DNA of 64,000 nucleotides from an uncultured Methylomirabilota bacterium (GTDB taxonomy: Bacteria; Methylomirabilota; Methylomirabilia; Methylomirabilales; 2-02-FULL-66-22): assembly GCA_963845565.1 (NCBI GenBank), contig CAWJSJ010000002.1, positions 2,560,001-2,624,000 on the forward strand. The letters run 5' to 3'. The position numbers and the translations under genes were made by a program. This document shows positions 40,168-52,073 of the stretch, in pieces; position 1 is the first letter of the stretch; every line of letters begins with the position of its first letter. Below the pieces are notes generated by a model. That model did no database searches, had not been told where the DNA came from, and saw only the letters and a list, made by a program, of their open reading frames with translations.

Positions 40168-41460
40168 ATGGCGGACACGCGTGTCGCGGTGACCGGAATG
40201 GGCGTGCTCACCCCGATCGGGATCGGGGTGGAACCGTTCTGGGCGTCCCTCCTGGCCGGCCGGTCGGGGATCGCCCCCATCGAGCATTTCGACGCCTCGG
40301 GTCTCCCGGCGCGGATCGCGGGGTACGTCCGGGACCGCGCCGCGCTGGAGGCGTGGGGCCGGCGCCTGGGGGTTCCGTCGGCCGAGCCTCGGTCGCTCCT
40401 CTTCGCCTTGGCGGCGGGGCAGGAAGCCTACGAGGCCTCCGGCTGGCAGGCCGCGCTGGGCGGGGAGCGGGTCGGCGTCCTGTTCGGCTCCTACGGCGAC
40501 AAGATCGACATCGAGCGGATGGCCGAGGCGGCCTACCGGTCCCGGCACGACGGCGCGCCGGACATCGTGCCCTCCGCTTTTTTCCCGCGGTACTGTCGCG
40601 ATTTTCGGGGCCGCCAGCTCCACCGGCTGCTGCCGCAGTACGCGACCGTCCGGCTGGCCCGCATGTATCACGCGACGGGCCCCGTGTGCACCATCCAGAC
40701 GGCCTGCACCAGTTCCGCCCAAGCCATCGGCGAGGCATACCGGTCGATCCGCCGGGGGACGCTGGACCGGGCGATCTGCGGAGGGGCCGAATGCATCGTG
40801 TCGCCCAGCCAGATGCTGATGTTCTCGATCCTGGGGGCCCTGTCCACCCGCAACGAGGATCCGGCGCGGGCCAGCCGCCCCTTCGACGAAGCCCGGGACG
40901 GGTTCGTCCTGGCCGAGGGCGGCGCCGTGCTGACGCTGGAGCGACTGGACCTCGCGCGGCAGCGGGGCGCGCCCATCCTGTGCGAGCTGGCGGGGTACGG
41001 AACGGCCTGTGACGCCTATCGCCTGACCGACGAGGATCCCGAGGGGCGAGGCGCCATCCTGGCCATGGAGCGGGCCGTGACCGACGCCGGGATGACGCCG
41101 GGGGAGGTGGATTACATCAATGCCCACGGGACCTCCACCCAGATGAACGATCGGGTGGAGACGCTGGCCATCAAGACACTCTTCGGTCCGCGCGCCTACC
41201 GGGTGCCGGTCAGTTCCATCAAGTCGATGATCGGCCATGCCGTCTCGGCCGCCGGGGCGATCGAGGCGGTGGCCTGCATCCTGGCGTTGCGGGATCAGAT
41301 CCTCCCGCCCACCATCAACCAGGCGTGTCCCGACCTCCAGTGCGACCTCGACTACGTGCCGAACGTGGCGCGACCCGCGCGCCTGGACGTGGCGTTGTCG
41401 AACTCGTTCGGGTTCGGGGGGCACAACGACTGTCTGGTGTTCCGGCGGCTCCACGAGTAG
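40168..41460 (+). CDS. fabF: Beta-ketoacyl-ACP synthase II (active FabF type)
   Basis: QTACTSS (Cys), NAHGTST (His), KSMIGHA (His), SNSFGFGGHN. Confidence 0.93.
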   Translation: MADTRVAVTGMGVLTPIGIGVEPFWASLLAGRSGIAPIEHFDASGLPARIAGYVRDRAALEAWGRRLGVPSAEPRSLLFALAAGQEAYEASGWQAALGGERVGVLFGSYGDKIDIERMAEAAYRSRHDGAPDIVPSAFFPRYCRDFRGRQLHRLLPQYATVRLARMYHATGPVCTIQTACTSSAQAIGEAYRSIRRGTLDRAICGGAECIVSPSQMLMFSILGALSTRNEDPARASRPFDEARDGFVLAEGGAVLTLERLDLARQRGAPILCELAGYGTACDAYRLTDEDPEGRGAILAMERAVTDAGMTPGEVDYINAHGTSTQMNDRVETLAIKTLFGPRAYRVPVSSIKSMIGHAVSAAGAIEAVACILALRDQILPPTINQACPDLQCDLDYVPNVARPARLDVALSNSFGFGGHNDCLVFRRLHE

Positions 41461-41520
41461 CCCGCGCTCGGCACCGCGGAGGACCCTCCGTCTTAGGATG
41501 CTGGAAGACCCGTTTGTGCC

Positions 41521-41663
41521 CAGGCCGCTCAAAAAGGTCCAGATGCCAGGCGGCGCGCAAAGGGCGGGGCACCCAGCGCAGCTGGGTCCAGGCGTACTCC
41601 AGGTACGCTGCAGCGAACGCCCGAGCGCTCCAACGCCGCAGATGGGCCTTTTTCAGCAGCCTG
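41521..41663 (-). mobile_element. Repeat family B, MITE-like element (second copy)
   Basis: CAGGCCGCTCAAAAAGG...CCTTTTTCAGCAGCCTG; internal GGCGTAC...GTACGC shared with the first copy. Confidence 0.8.
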
Positions 41664-42002
41664 TCAGGTCGGCTCCTCGCGGCCGATCTCGGCGTCCAGG
41701 ATCTCCTGCGCCCGCGCCGCGTCCGCGGCGGGAACCAGCACCCACCAGGAACCGGAACGCCCCAGGACGGCATGGAGGATGCCGTCGGTCCCACGGATCG
41801 TGCAGGGGATTCCCTGCGTGCCGAGCAGGCCGGCCACGATGTCCGCGGAGGGCCGGTCGCCCGTCTCGAACACCGGCGTGTCGGGCATGACCGTCCGCGC
41901 CGGCGCGAAGAGTTCCAGCCCGACATGGCACACGGGGCAGGTGGTGGTGCCCCAGGGGTATTCCCGCCGGCAGCGGGGACACTGACCGTTCCGTGGCGGC
42001 AT
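41664..42002 (-). CDS. Zinc-ribbon plus DUF2007-like (putative signal-transducing) protein
   Basis: CPRCRREY...CPVCHVGL; ADIVAGLLGTQGIPC...VLVPAADAARAQEIL. Confidence 0.75.
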   Translation of the reverse strand: MPPRNGQCPRCRREYPWGTTTCPVCHVGLELFAPARTVMPDTPVFETGDRPSADIVAGLLGTQGIPCTIRGTDGILHAVLGRSGSWWVLVPAADAARAQEILDAEIGREEPT

Positions 42003-42009
42003 GGCGTCC

Positions 42010-42420
42010 TCAGCGGGGCCAGATGTCGGCGTCGGCCAGCTCCAGCAGGTTTCCGTCCGGATCCCGGAAGTAGAAGGAGCGGCCCACCGGCCAGGTGATC
42101 TCCTTCTGGATGGTCACCTGATGGTCCAGGACGCGCTGTTTCCATGCCTCGTACTCGGCCGGCGCGACGGTGAAGCAGACGTGGATCTCGCCGTCCGCCC
42201 CGTGGGGGGGAAGGTGCTCCGAGCGGCGGGTGCGCGCGGCGTGGAAGAGGAGCAGGACGCCGGTCCCGACGCGGAAGAAGACGTGCCGGTCGGCCTCCTT
42301 GCCGATCAGCTTGAGGGCCATCACCTCGCGGTAGAAGCGCTCCGCCCGGTCGAGATCGGCCACGTAGAGGACGGTTTCGAGAATGCCCGTGATGCGCGGG
42401 GGGTCGTCAGCAGGACACAC
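42010..42420 (-). CDS. VOC/glyoxalase family protein
   Basis: ILETVLYVADLDRAERFY, PPHGADG.IHVCF, SFYFRDPDGNLLEL. Confidence 0.9.
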   Translation of the reverse strand: MCPADDPPRITGILETVLYVADLDRAERFYREVMALKLIGKEADRHVFFRVGTGVLLLFHAARTRRSEHLPPHGADGEIHVCFTVAPAEYEAWKQRVLDHQVTIQKEITWPVGRSFYFRDPDGNLLELADADIWPR

Positions 42421-42440
42421 GGTTTCCTCCAGTCTCTCGG

Positions 42441-42731
42441 TCAGCCACGCACGGCAAAGCCGGTCAGGCCTTGGGCCTCCTCCCAGACGACGTCGACGGC
42501 GGTGACGTCGGAGGCGGGGGAGCCCCGGTGACACCACCGGATCATCGCCTCGAGGGCCTCCGGTGCGCCCTCGAAGACGGCTTCCACGCGGCCGTCGGGG
42601 GCGTTCCGGATCCAGCCGGCCACCTTCCGGAACGCCGCCTCGTCCTCGGCGTAGGCTCGGAAATAGACCCCCTGGACCCGTCCCGACACCCAGACGTGCG
42701 CGCGCAGCGTCGGGCCGGTCCTTCGGCGCAT
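42441..42731 (-). CDS. acyP: Acylphosphatase
   Basis: VSGRVQGVYFR, GWIRNAPDGRVEAVFEG. Confidence 0.93.
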   Translation of the reverse strand: MRRRTGPTLRAHVWVSGRVQGVYFRAYAEDEAAFRKVAGWIRNAPDGRVEAVFEGAPEALEAMIRWCHRGSPASDVTAVDVVWEEAQGLTGFAVRG

Positions 42732-43774
42732 CAGGTGCCCGCCCACCCGCCGTCCAGGCGACGGTCCAGCGCCCGGCAGTAGCCGCCCAGCCCGGCGTTG
42801 GACCAGACGAGCGCGGCGGAGCAGCAGAGCACCCCGTACACGGCGGCGCGCGGGATCTTGACGGTGACCGCAGGGTCGAGCAGGGTCTCGGCGTGCCGGA
42901 TGCGCTCGAGAGTCCGGAGGCCGATCAGCATCGGCCAGGCGCAGGCCAGGCGCAACCGCATCTCGGACCGGGGGATGGCGCGGGTGTATTCCCAGGCCTC
43001 GCGAAAGCCGTCTCGCGCCGAGGCCGCCAGGTCGTCGAGCACGGGGCGCACCCGCTGCGCGGCCGCCGGATCGAGCAGGTCGGCGGGCGCGAGCCCGCAG
43101 GCCGCCAGGAGCTGGCGGGGCAGATAGCACCGCCCGATCCGGAGGTCTTGGGCCACATCGCGGAGGACGTTCGTCATCTGCAGGGCCTGTCCGAAGCGCA
43201 CGCCCCGAGCGCGCATGACGTCCGGATTCCATCGGGCGCAGCCGGGCAGGTGCGCCATGGCCATCTCGGTCCAGAATTCCCCCACGCAGCCCGCGGCGTA
43301 ATAGGTGTAGCGGTCGAGATCGGCTCGGGACTCCAGGGCGGCGAGTCCCGCCGCATCCTCACCGGGGAAGGTGGTGAGATCGGCCTGCATTCCCTCGATG
43401 AGCAGCCCGAGGACGCGGCGGATGCGCGCCCGGTCGTCAGCCGGCAGCGCCGCCAGGGCGGCGAGGCACGCCGGGAGGCGGAGCAGGAGCTCGCGCTCTG
43501 CCGGGATGCGCTGCGGGCCGGACAGGGCGCCGGCGATCTCCGCCAGATCGGGGGAGGCCGGATCGTCCAGCGCGTTCCGTAAGCGCTCGAGCGCGCGCAA
43601 GCGAGCGGCGCGCGGCACCAGGCGGGTGTCGGCGATGGTGTCAGCCGCCCGTGCCAGCAGATAGGCGAGACCCAACGGCCCGCGGAGCGACCGCGGGAGG
43701 ACGCCGAGGCTCAAGGCGAACGATCGGCTGACCTGCGGCAGGATGCGCGACAACGGTTCGGGGATGGTGTCCAC
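42731..43774 (-). CDS. Squalene/phytoene synthase family protein
   Basis: VSRSFALSL, AYLLARAADTIAD, YTYYAAGCVGEFW, ALQMTNVLRDVAQD. Confidence 0.9.
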   Translation of the reverse strand: MDTIPEPLSRILPQVSRSFALSLGVLPRSLRGPLGLAYLLARAADTIADTRLVPRAARLRALERLRNALDDPASPDLAEIAGALSGPQRIPAERELLLRLPACLAALAALPADDRARIRRVLGLLIEGMQADLTTFPGEDAAGLAALESRADLDRYTYYAAGCVGEFWTEMAMAHLPGCARWNPDVMRARGVRFGQALQMTNVLRDVAQDLRIGRCYLPRQLLAACGLAPADLLDPAAAQRVRPVLDDLAASARDGFREAWEYTRAIPRSEMRLRLACAWPMLIGLRTLERIRHAETLLDPAVTVKIPRAAVYGVLCCSAALVWSNAGLGGYCRALDRRLDGGWAGT

Positions 43775-43959
43775 GTTTCTCCTCGAGTGGGCGGCCCGGT
43801 GACCCACGCCGCAGAGCATAGCACACCGGACCGGACCGCCGAAACGCCTTTGGCGCGGCTGCCGCGCCGCGGTTGCCTTTCGGGGGTTTCCCTCGTAGAA
43901 TCGCTTGCGGTCGGGGGTCGCCTTGCCCCGGCCTCCCCGTCTGCCGAAAGGAGCCACCC

Positions 43960-45804
43960 GTGAGCGACCAGACTGCTGCCGCGGCCGGCGTCCGGTGGGA
44001 TTTGAGCGACCTGTTCGCCTCCCACGACGACCCGGCCATCCAGGACGCCTTCGCGACCTGCCGGGCCCGCGCCGAGCGGTTCGGCGAGCGGTATCGCGGG
44101 ACCATCCGCGTCCCCGGCGGCCCCGCGCCGGACCACCTCCTGGGGGCGATCCTGGAGATCGAACGGATCCAGGCAGACCTGGAGCGCGTCGGCGCCTTCG
44201 CCGGTCTCCTGTACGCGTCGGACACCAGCCGGCCGGAGTTCCGGGACCTGCGGGAGCGGGTCGAGCACCACCTGACGGAGATCGGGAACCTGGTGCTCTT
44301 CTTCGAGCTGGAATGGCTGGAGGTCCCGGACGACGCGGCCGCGCCGCTGCTCGACCACCCCGCCCTGGCCGGCTATCGACACTTTCTCCGGCAGGCGCGG
44401 CAGATGCGCCCGCACACCCTGTCGGAGCCGGAGGAGCGCCTCCTGAACGAGCGGGACAATACCGGCCCGCGCGCCTTCGGCCGCCTGTTCACGGAGCTGA
44501 CCAGCAGCCTGGCGTTCCCCTTCCGGCGCGACGGCCGGGAGGAGCGGCTCACGCTGAGCGAGATCCTGGCGCTGTCCCACGAGGCGGACCGCGACCTCCG
44601 GCGGCGCGCGCACGAGACGCTCTTCGAGGTCCTGGAGCGGAACGCGCTGGTCCTGACCTTCGTGTACGACACGCTGGTGCAGGACCACCTGACGATCGAC
44701 CGCCTGCGACGATTCCCGCACCCCATGGCGACCCGCCATCTCGCCAACGAGATCGACGCCGAGGCGGTGGAACGGATGCTGGCCGTGACCGAGCGGAATT
44801 TCGGCGAGGCGCAGCGCTACTTCCGCGTCAAGGCGACGCTGCTGGATCTCCCGCGGCTGGCCCTGTACGACCAGTACGCGCCGATCGGCGCCGAGCTGCC
44901 GCGGGCCACCTTCGATCGTGCCCGGCAGCTGGTCCTGGACGCCTTCGAGGCCTTCTCGCCCGCCTTTGCCGCGGCGGCGCGCCAGTTCTTCGAGCGGCGC
45001 TGGATCGACGCCGAGCTGCGGCCGGGCAAGCAGGACGGCGCGTTCTGCGCCTCGCCGTCACCGCTCCTGCACCCCTACGTGCTGTGCAATCACACCGGCA
45101 ATCTGCGGGACGTGATGACGCTGGCCCACGAACTGGGCCACGGCGTGCACGGGTGGCTGGCCCGGGCCCAGACGCTGCTCAATTACGACACCCCGCTGAC
45201 CACCGCGGAAACCGCCTCGGTCTTCGGGGAGTTCCTGGTCTTCGACCATTTACTCTCGTCCGAGTCGGATCCCCGCGTGCAACTCGCGCTGCTCTGCGGC
45301 AAGATCGAGGACACCTGCGCCACGGTCTATCGTCAGGCGGTGCTCACGCGATTCGAGCAGGCCGTCTTCGCCCGCCGCCCGACCGGCCGGTTCACGGCGG
45401 ATGCGGTCTGCCGCCTCTGGCTGGACGCCAACCGGCCCTACTACGGGGACGCGGTGGAGTCCACCGAGGCCTACCGCTGGGGATGGTCGTACATCCCGCA
45501 CTTCATCCACTCCCGCTTCTACTGCTACAGCTACGTCTTCGGGGAGCTCCTGGTCCTGTCCCTCTACCGGCGCTACAAGGAGGAGGGGGCCGCCTTCGTG
45601 CCGAAGTACCTGGGCCTGCTGGAGGCGGGCGGCTCGGATTCGCCGGAGGCGCTGCTCCGGCCGCTGGGCGTGGACTTCCACGATCCGGCCTTCTGGCAGA
45701 AGGGGTTCGACGAGATCCGCGCGCTGGTGGATCGGGCCGAGGCGCTGGCGGCCTCGCTGTCCCCACCGCCGTCCGTGGCCGACCGGCGGCCGACCGCCGG
45801 GTGA
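43960..45804 (+). CDS. pepF: Oligoendopeptidase F (peptidase M3B)
   Basis: WDLSDLF, KQDGAFC, TLAHELGHGVH, AETASVFGE, IPHF...FYCYSY. Confidence 0.93.
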   Translation: MSDQTAAAAGVRWDLSDLFASHDDPAIQDAFATCRARAERFGERYRGTIRVPGGPAPDHLLGAILEIERIQADLERVGAFAGLLYASDTSRPEFRDLRERVEHHLTEIGNLVLFFELEWLEVPDDAAAPLLDHPALAGYRHFLRQARQMRPHTLSEPEERLLNERDNTGPRAFGRLFTELTSSLAFPFRRDGREERLTLSEILALSHEADRDLRRRAHETLFEVLERNALVLTFVYDTLVQDHLTIDRLRRFPHPMATRHLANEIDAEAVERMLAVTERNFGEAQRYFRVKATLLDLPRLALYDQYAPIGAELPRATFDRARQLVLDAFEAFSPAFAAAARQFFERRWIDAELRPGKQDGAFCASPSPLLHPYVLCNHTGNLRDVMTLAHELGHGVHGWLARAQTLLNYDTPLTTAETASVFGEFLVFDHLLSSESDPRVQLALLCGKIEDTCATVYRQAVLTRFEQAVFARRPTGRFTADAVCRLWLDANRPYYGDAVESTEAYRWGWSYIPHFIHSRFYCYSYVFGELLVLSLYRRYKEEGAAFVPKYLGLLEAGGSDSPEALLRPLGVDFHDPAFWQKGFDEIRALVDRAEALAASLSPPPSVADRRPTAG

Positions 45805-45808
45805 GGGC

Positions 45809-46571
45809 ATGCGGCTCTTTGACGCCCACGCCCATCTGGCCGCGCCGGAATTCGCCGAGGATCTCCCCGCGGTGCTGGCGCGCGCCGACGCGGCCGGCGT
45901 AGCCGGGATCGTCACGGTCGGGGAGACGCTGGCCGACGCGGAGCGCATCCTCGATCTCGCCCGCCGGCACCCGATGATCAAGCCGGCCGCCGGCCTGTAC
46001 CCGACGGTGCTGGATCGCGAGGCGGCCTCCGCGGTCATCGCCTTCGCCCGGCAGAACGCGGACCGGCTGGTGGCGCTGGGCGAGGTCGGGCTGGACCGCT
46101 GGGCGGTCAAGACGGAGGCGGAGTGGCGGGTGCAGGAGGCGATCCTGGAGGAGTTCGTCGCACTGTCCGACGAGCTCGCCCTGCCGCTCAACGTCCACTC
46201 CCGGTCGGCCGGGCGGCACGCCATCGCCTTCCTGACGTCGCGCAACGCGCGGCGGGTTCTCCTGCACGCCTTTGACGGGAAGGCGGCGACCGCCGCCGCC
46301 GGCGTGGACGCGGGCTACAGCTTCTCGATCCCGCCCTCCGTGGTGCGGTCGCCGCAGAAGCAGAAGCTCGTGCGATACCTTCCGCTGGATTGCCTCCTGC
46401 TGGAGACCGACTCGCCCGTCCTGGGGCCCGAACCCGGCGGTCCGGAACGAACCGGCCAACCTCGCCATCGCCTGCCGGGCGGTGGCGGACCTCAAGGGGG
46501 TGTCCGTCGACACGGTCGCCCGGGCCACCACGGACAACGCCCGGCGCCTCTTTCCCCGCGCCTTTCGGTGA
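45809..46571 (+). CDS. tatD: TatD family hydrolase; +1 frameshift near 46439
   Basis: DAHAH, GEVGLD, VHSR, LLETDSP in one frame; RNEPAN...TTDNARRLF in the next; span = 3n+1. Confidence 0.88.
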
Positions 46572-46668
46572 CGGACCGGATACCAGCGCAGTACGGTGCC
46601 TGCCCGATGCGGTGCTGGAGGCAGGGGTCGGCGTGGGGCCAGCAGGGTGCGGATGCGAGCCCCAAAAA

Positions 46669-46704
46669 CCGATGACCGGACGGCAGGGACCGTCCGGTCA
46701 TCGG
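46669..46704. terminator. Hairpin between convergent tatD and ABC ATPase genes
   Basis: CCGATGACCGGACGG-CAGGGA-CCGTCCGGTCATCGG perfect 15-bp stem; upstream A-run gives a U-tail on the minus strand. Confidence 0.75.
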
Positions 46705-46731
46705 GATGGACAACAACGCGGCGGATACGGC

Positions 46732-47826
<1,095 letters not shown>

Positions 47827-48129
47827 GGTCTTCGCACGCCTCCTCTGCCGCCTGCTCCGTTAGCTGGATGCCTCGCGAGCCCCACCCGGGTCGACGTCCC
47901 TGCGCACTGTTTGGGGCCCTGAGGCGTGAACCACGGGACCCGGGTCAATGGCGGACATTCTATGTGCGCTCGACCGGCAAACACAAGCGAAATCTCGGCC
48001 CGATCGGCAGTGCCGACACCTTCCGACGTGCCTGCGCCCCGTCGGGCGCTCGACCGCTGAGCGCTGACCGCTGATCGCTCGCTCTACTTCTGCTTGACCG
48101 GGCGTCGGCATTGGGACAGAATACGCGCC

Positions 48130-49752
<1,623 letters not shown>

Positions 49753-49818
49753 CGAACGCGAGGGCGGACGGCAGCGCCGCGACGGCGGAATGATCGTGGG
49801 GAGAGGGGAGACATCAGC

Positions 49819-50320
49819 GTGGCAACAAGCCAGGTCGTGGAGCGATTGAAGGAGCAGCTCGCGCTGCTCGAACGGGAGTTGCGCGTGGAGTTGCCCGAGC
49901 GGATCCGGATCGCCCGGGAGCTGGGTGACATCCGCGAGAACGGAGAGTTCGAGGTTGCCAAGGATCGCCAGGGGTTTGTCCACGCGCGGGTCGGACAGCT
50001 GCAGCGGCGGATCGCCGAGCTGTCCAGCGATCGATCTCTCGCGGGTGCCCAAGGATCGGGTGGCGTTCGGCTCCACCGTGCACCTGACGGAGGAGGAGAC
50101 CGGCGAGGAGCGGACCTATCGCCTGGTCGCCTCGGAAGAGGTCGACACCGCGAAGGGGTGGATCTCGCCCGGCTCGCCGGTCGGCCAGTCGTTGATCGGC
50201 AAGCGGGAGGGGGACACGGTGGTGGTCCGGACGCCCGGCGGAACCCGGCGGTGCGAGATCACGCGGTTGCAGACACTGCACGACGAACTCGAGGAAGAAG
50301 CGGGGGCCAAGGATGGATAG
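49819..50320 (+). CDS. greA: Transcription elongation factor GreA; +1 frameshift near 50029
   Basis: ARELGDIRENGEFEVAK in frame 1; VAFGSTV...ISPGSPVGQSLIGK in frame 2; span = 3n+1. Confidence 0.9.
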
Positions 50321-50879
50321 GCAGGCGACATGGGCGCTCCTCACCGAGTACACGCAGAACGAGAGTCTGCTCAAGCACGCCCTGGCGGTTGAAGCGGCCA
50401 TGCGGGCCTGCGCGGGGAAGTTCGGGGGCGATCCGGACGAGTGGGGGGTGGTGGGTCTGATTCACGATTTCGATTACGAGCGGTACCCGAGCGCCGAGGC
50501 CGGCCACGCCATCAAGGGCCCCGTGATCCTGCGCGAGAAGGGCTACCCCGAACACGTGGTGCGGGCCGTCCAGTCCCACGCCGACTACTCCGGGGTGTCG
50601 CGCGAGACCCCCATGGAGAAGGCGCTCTTCGCCTGCGACGAGCTCTGCGGCTTCATCACCGCGGCGGCCCTGGTGCGGCCCACCAAGAGCGTCCTGGACC
50701 TGGAGGCCTCCTCGGTCCGGAAGCGGATGAAGGACAAGGCCTTCGCGCGGCAGGTGAGCCGCGAGGACATCGTCAAGGGCGCCGAGGCGCTCGGGGTGGA
50801 TCTCAACGAGCACATCGCCTTCGTCATCCAGGCGATGCGGGGCGCCGCCGACGCGCTCGGGTTGCGCGGGACGCTCTGA
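50313..50879 (+). CDS. HD-superfamily (HDIG-like) hydrolase
   Basis: LLKHALAVEAAM, GLIHDFDYE, LFACDELCGFI, KDKAFARQVSR. Confidence 0.9.
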   Translation: MDRQATWALLTEYTQNESLLKHALAVEAAMRACAGKFGGDPDEWGVVGLIHDFDYERYPSAEAGHAIKGPVILREKGYPEHVVRAVQSHADYSGVSRETPMEKALFACDELCGFITAAALVRPTKSVLDLEASSVRKRMKDKAFARQVSREDIVKGAEALGVDLNEHIAFVIQAMRGAADALGLRGTL

Positions 50880-50881
50880 AC

Positions 50882-51036
50882 GAGCAAAGCGCATGGCGCA
50901 AAGCGCTGGACGCAGAGTGCCAAGCGCAGAGCGCAAAGCGCCGAACGACGAAGTGCAAGCAGAGAGGCGGCAGCGCGCGTCGATCTGGCGCTCTGCACTT
51001 TGCGCCATGCGCCATGCGCCAGGCCCTTTGCGCTAT
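50882..51036. repeat. Inverted arrays of 7-nt tandem units (GCGCAAA/GCGCATG/GCGCAGA ... TGCGCCA/TTTGCGC)
   Basis: Heptamer runs on either side of a ~40-nt spacer, complementary to each other. Confidence 0.75.
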
Positions 51037-51058
51037 GACCCCCCGGCCGCTTTTGGGC

Positions 51059-51088
51059 TTGACAAACCGGGTCGGACCGGGCGATACT
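51059..51088 (+). promoter_or_regulatory. Putative sigma70 promoter of the tRNA pair
   Basis: TTGACA-18 nt-GATACT followed by a GC-rich discriminator. Confidence 0.6.
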
Positions 51089-51141
51089 CCGCCCCGTCCA
51101 AAGGCAAAGACGTGGCCTTTGGACTTTCTTTTCCGCTGCGT

Positions 51142-51215
51142 TGCGGGGTCGTCTAACGGTAGGACAGCAGACTCTGGATCTGCCTATTGGGGTTCGAATC
51201 CCTGCCCCGCAGCCA
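51142..51215 (+). tRNA. tRNA-Gln(CTG)
   Basis: Acceptor TGCGGGG/CCCCGCA-G-CCA; anticodon arm GCAGA-CT-CTG-GA-TCTGC; GGTTCGAATCC T-arm. Confidence 0.96.
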
Positions 51216-51232
51216 ACAAGTGAATAAAGCTT

Positions 51233-51310
51233 GGCCCTATCGTCTAGCCCGGCCTAGGACGCGGCCCTCTCAAGGCTGAAACTCGGGTTCGAATCCCGAT
51301 AGGGCCACCA
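51233..51310 (+). tRNA. tRNA-Glu(CTC)
   Basis: Acceptor GGCCCTA/TAGGGCC-A-CCA; anticodon arm CGGCC-CT-CTC-AA-GGCTG; GGGTTCGAATCCC. Confidence 0.96.
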
Positions 51311-51314
51311 AGCA

Positions 51315-51351
51315 GAAACGCGAGGTTACGACAACCTCGCGTTTCGTTTTT
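51315..51351 (+). terminator. Intrinsic terminator after the tRNAs
   Basis: GAAACGCGAGGTT-ACGAC-AACCTCGCGTTTC stem followed by GTTTTT. Confidence 0.85.
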
Positions 51352-51402
51352 GCCCGTTTCCTATGCCCAGGTGTCAAAAAAGGTGTCTATCGAGCGCCCC
51401 CC

Positions 51403-51630
51403 TCAGCCTGGCTGGCGGACCCGTTCGCCTGAAGCGCCGGACGGACCCCGACGGCGGCGGCGAGAACCCGGTCGGCAAGGTGGCTGTACCGCAGCAGGCT
51501 TTCGGTGTCCATGGAGTGCCAGGGATTCGGCGAGTTCGCGGGACTTGCGGAACATCAGGGTGAACCGTTCTTGTGTCGTCAGGCTGCGCAGGAAAGCCAC
51601 CTCGAACTCCAGTTCCCGCTGCGGTGTCAA
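51403..51630 (-). CDS. Small hypothetical protein, possibly a truncated TA-associated gene
   Basis: RELEFEVAFLRSLTTQERFTLMFRKSRELAE is protein-like; weak TTG start and low-complexity tail. Confidence 0.4.
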   Translation of the reverse strand: MTPQRELEFEVAFLRSLTTQERFTLMFRKSRELAESLALHGHRKPAAVQPPCRPGSRRRRRGPSGASGERVRQPG

Positions 51631-51665
51631 TCAAGCGCACACACAAACGTCCCGGTGGGAACGCT

Positions 51666-52067
51666 CTATCCCAGTTCGAGGAACGCGGCGGGCGTGACGA
51701 TCTGGGTCGCCCCGATGGACCGGAGCGGCAGCAAGTGCTCCTTGTCGCCCGTCACGAGATAATCCGCGCGTGCCGCCACGGCGCACTCCAGGATGCGGTT
51801 GTCGTCGTCCTTGGCGACCACCAGGGCGATCCGTTCCGTGGGTTCGACGAGGGTCGCCATGCGCCGGATGACCGCCACCCGCTCGTCGGTCTGCCGCTTG
51901 GTGAAGCGGAACTTATCGCGCAGGATGCGTTCGAACTCGGCCAGGATGAACGGGGATAGGAAGAGTTCCACCTCACCTCGGCGGACGCGCTGAAGGACCT
52001 GATCCGGTTTGCTGCCCGGGAAGGCGAGGGCAGAGATCAGGACGTTGGTGTCCAGGACCGCGCGCAT
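51666..52067 (-). CDS. PIN-domain putative toxin
   Basis: MRAVLDTNVLISAL, DDDNRILECAV, YLVTGDKEHLL. Confidence 0.92.
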   Translation of the reverse strand: MRAVLDTNVLISALAFPGSKPDQVLQRVRRGEVELFLSPFILAEFERILRDKFRFTKRQTDERVAVIRRMATLVEPTERIALVVAKDDDNRILECAVAARADYLVTGDKEHLLPLRSIGATQIVTPAAFLELG

Positions 52068-52073
52068 GGCGGG

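Noticed and set aside
49990..50060. Programmed frameshifting in greA, gltX or tatD
   Set aside because: No shared slippery sequence or stimulator; clustered single-base insertions are better explained by sequencing error.
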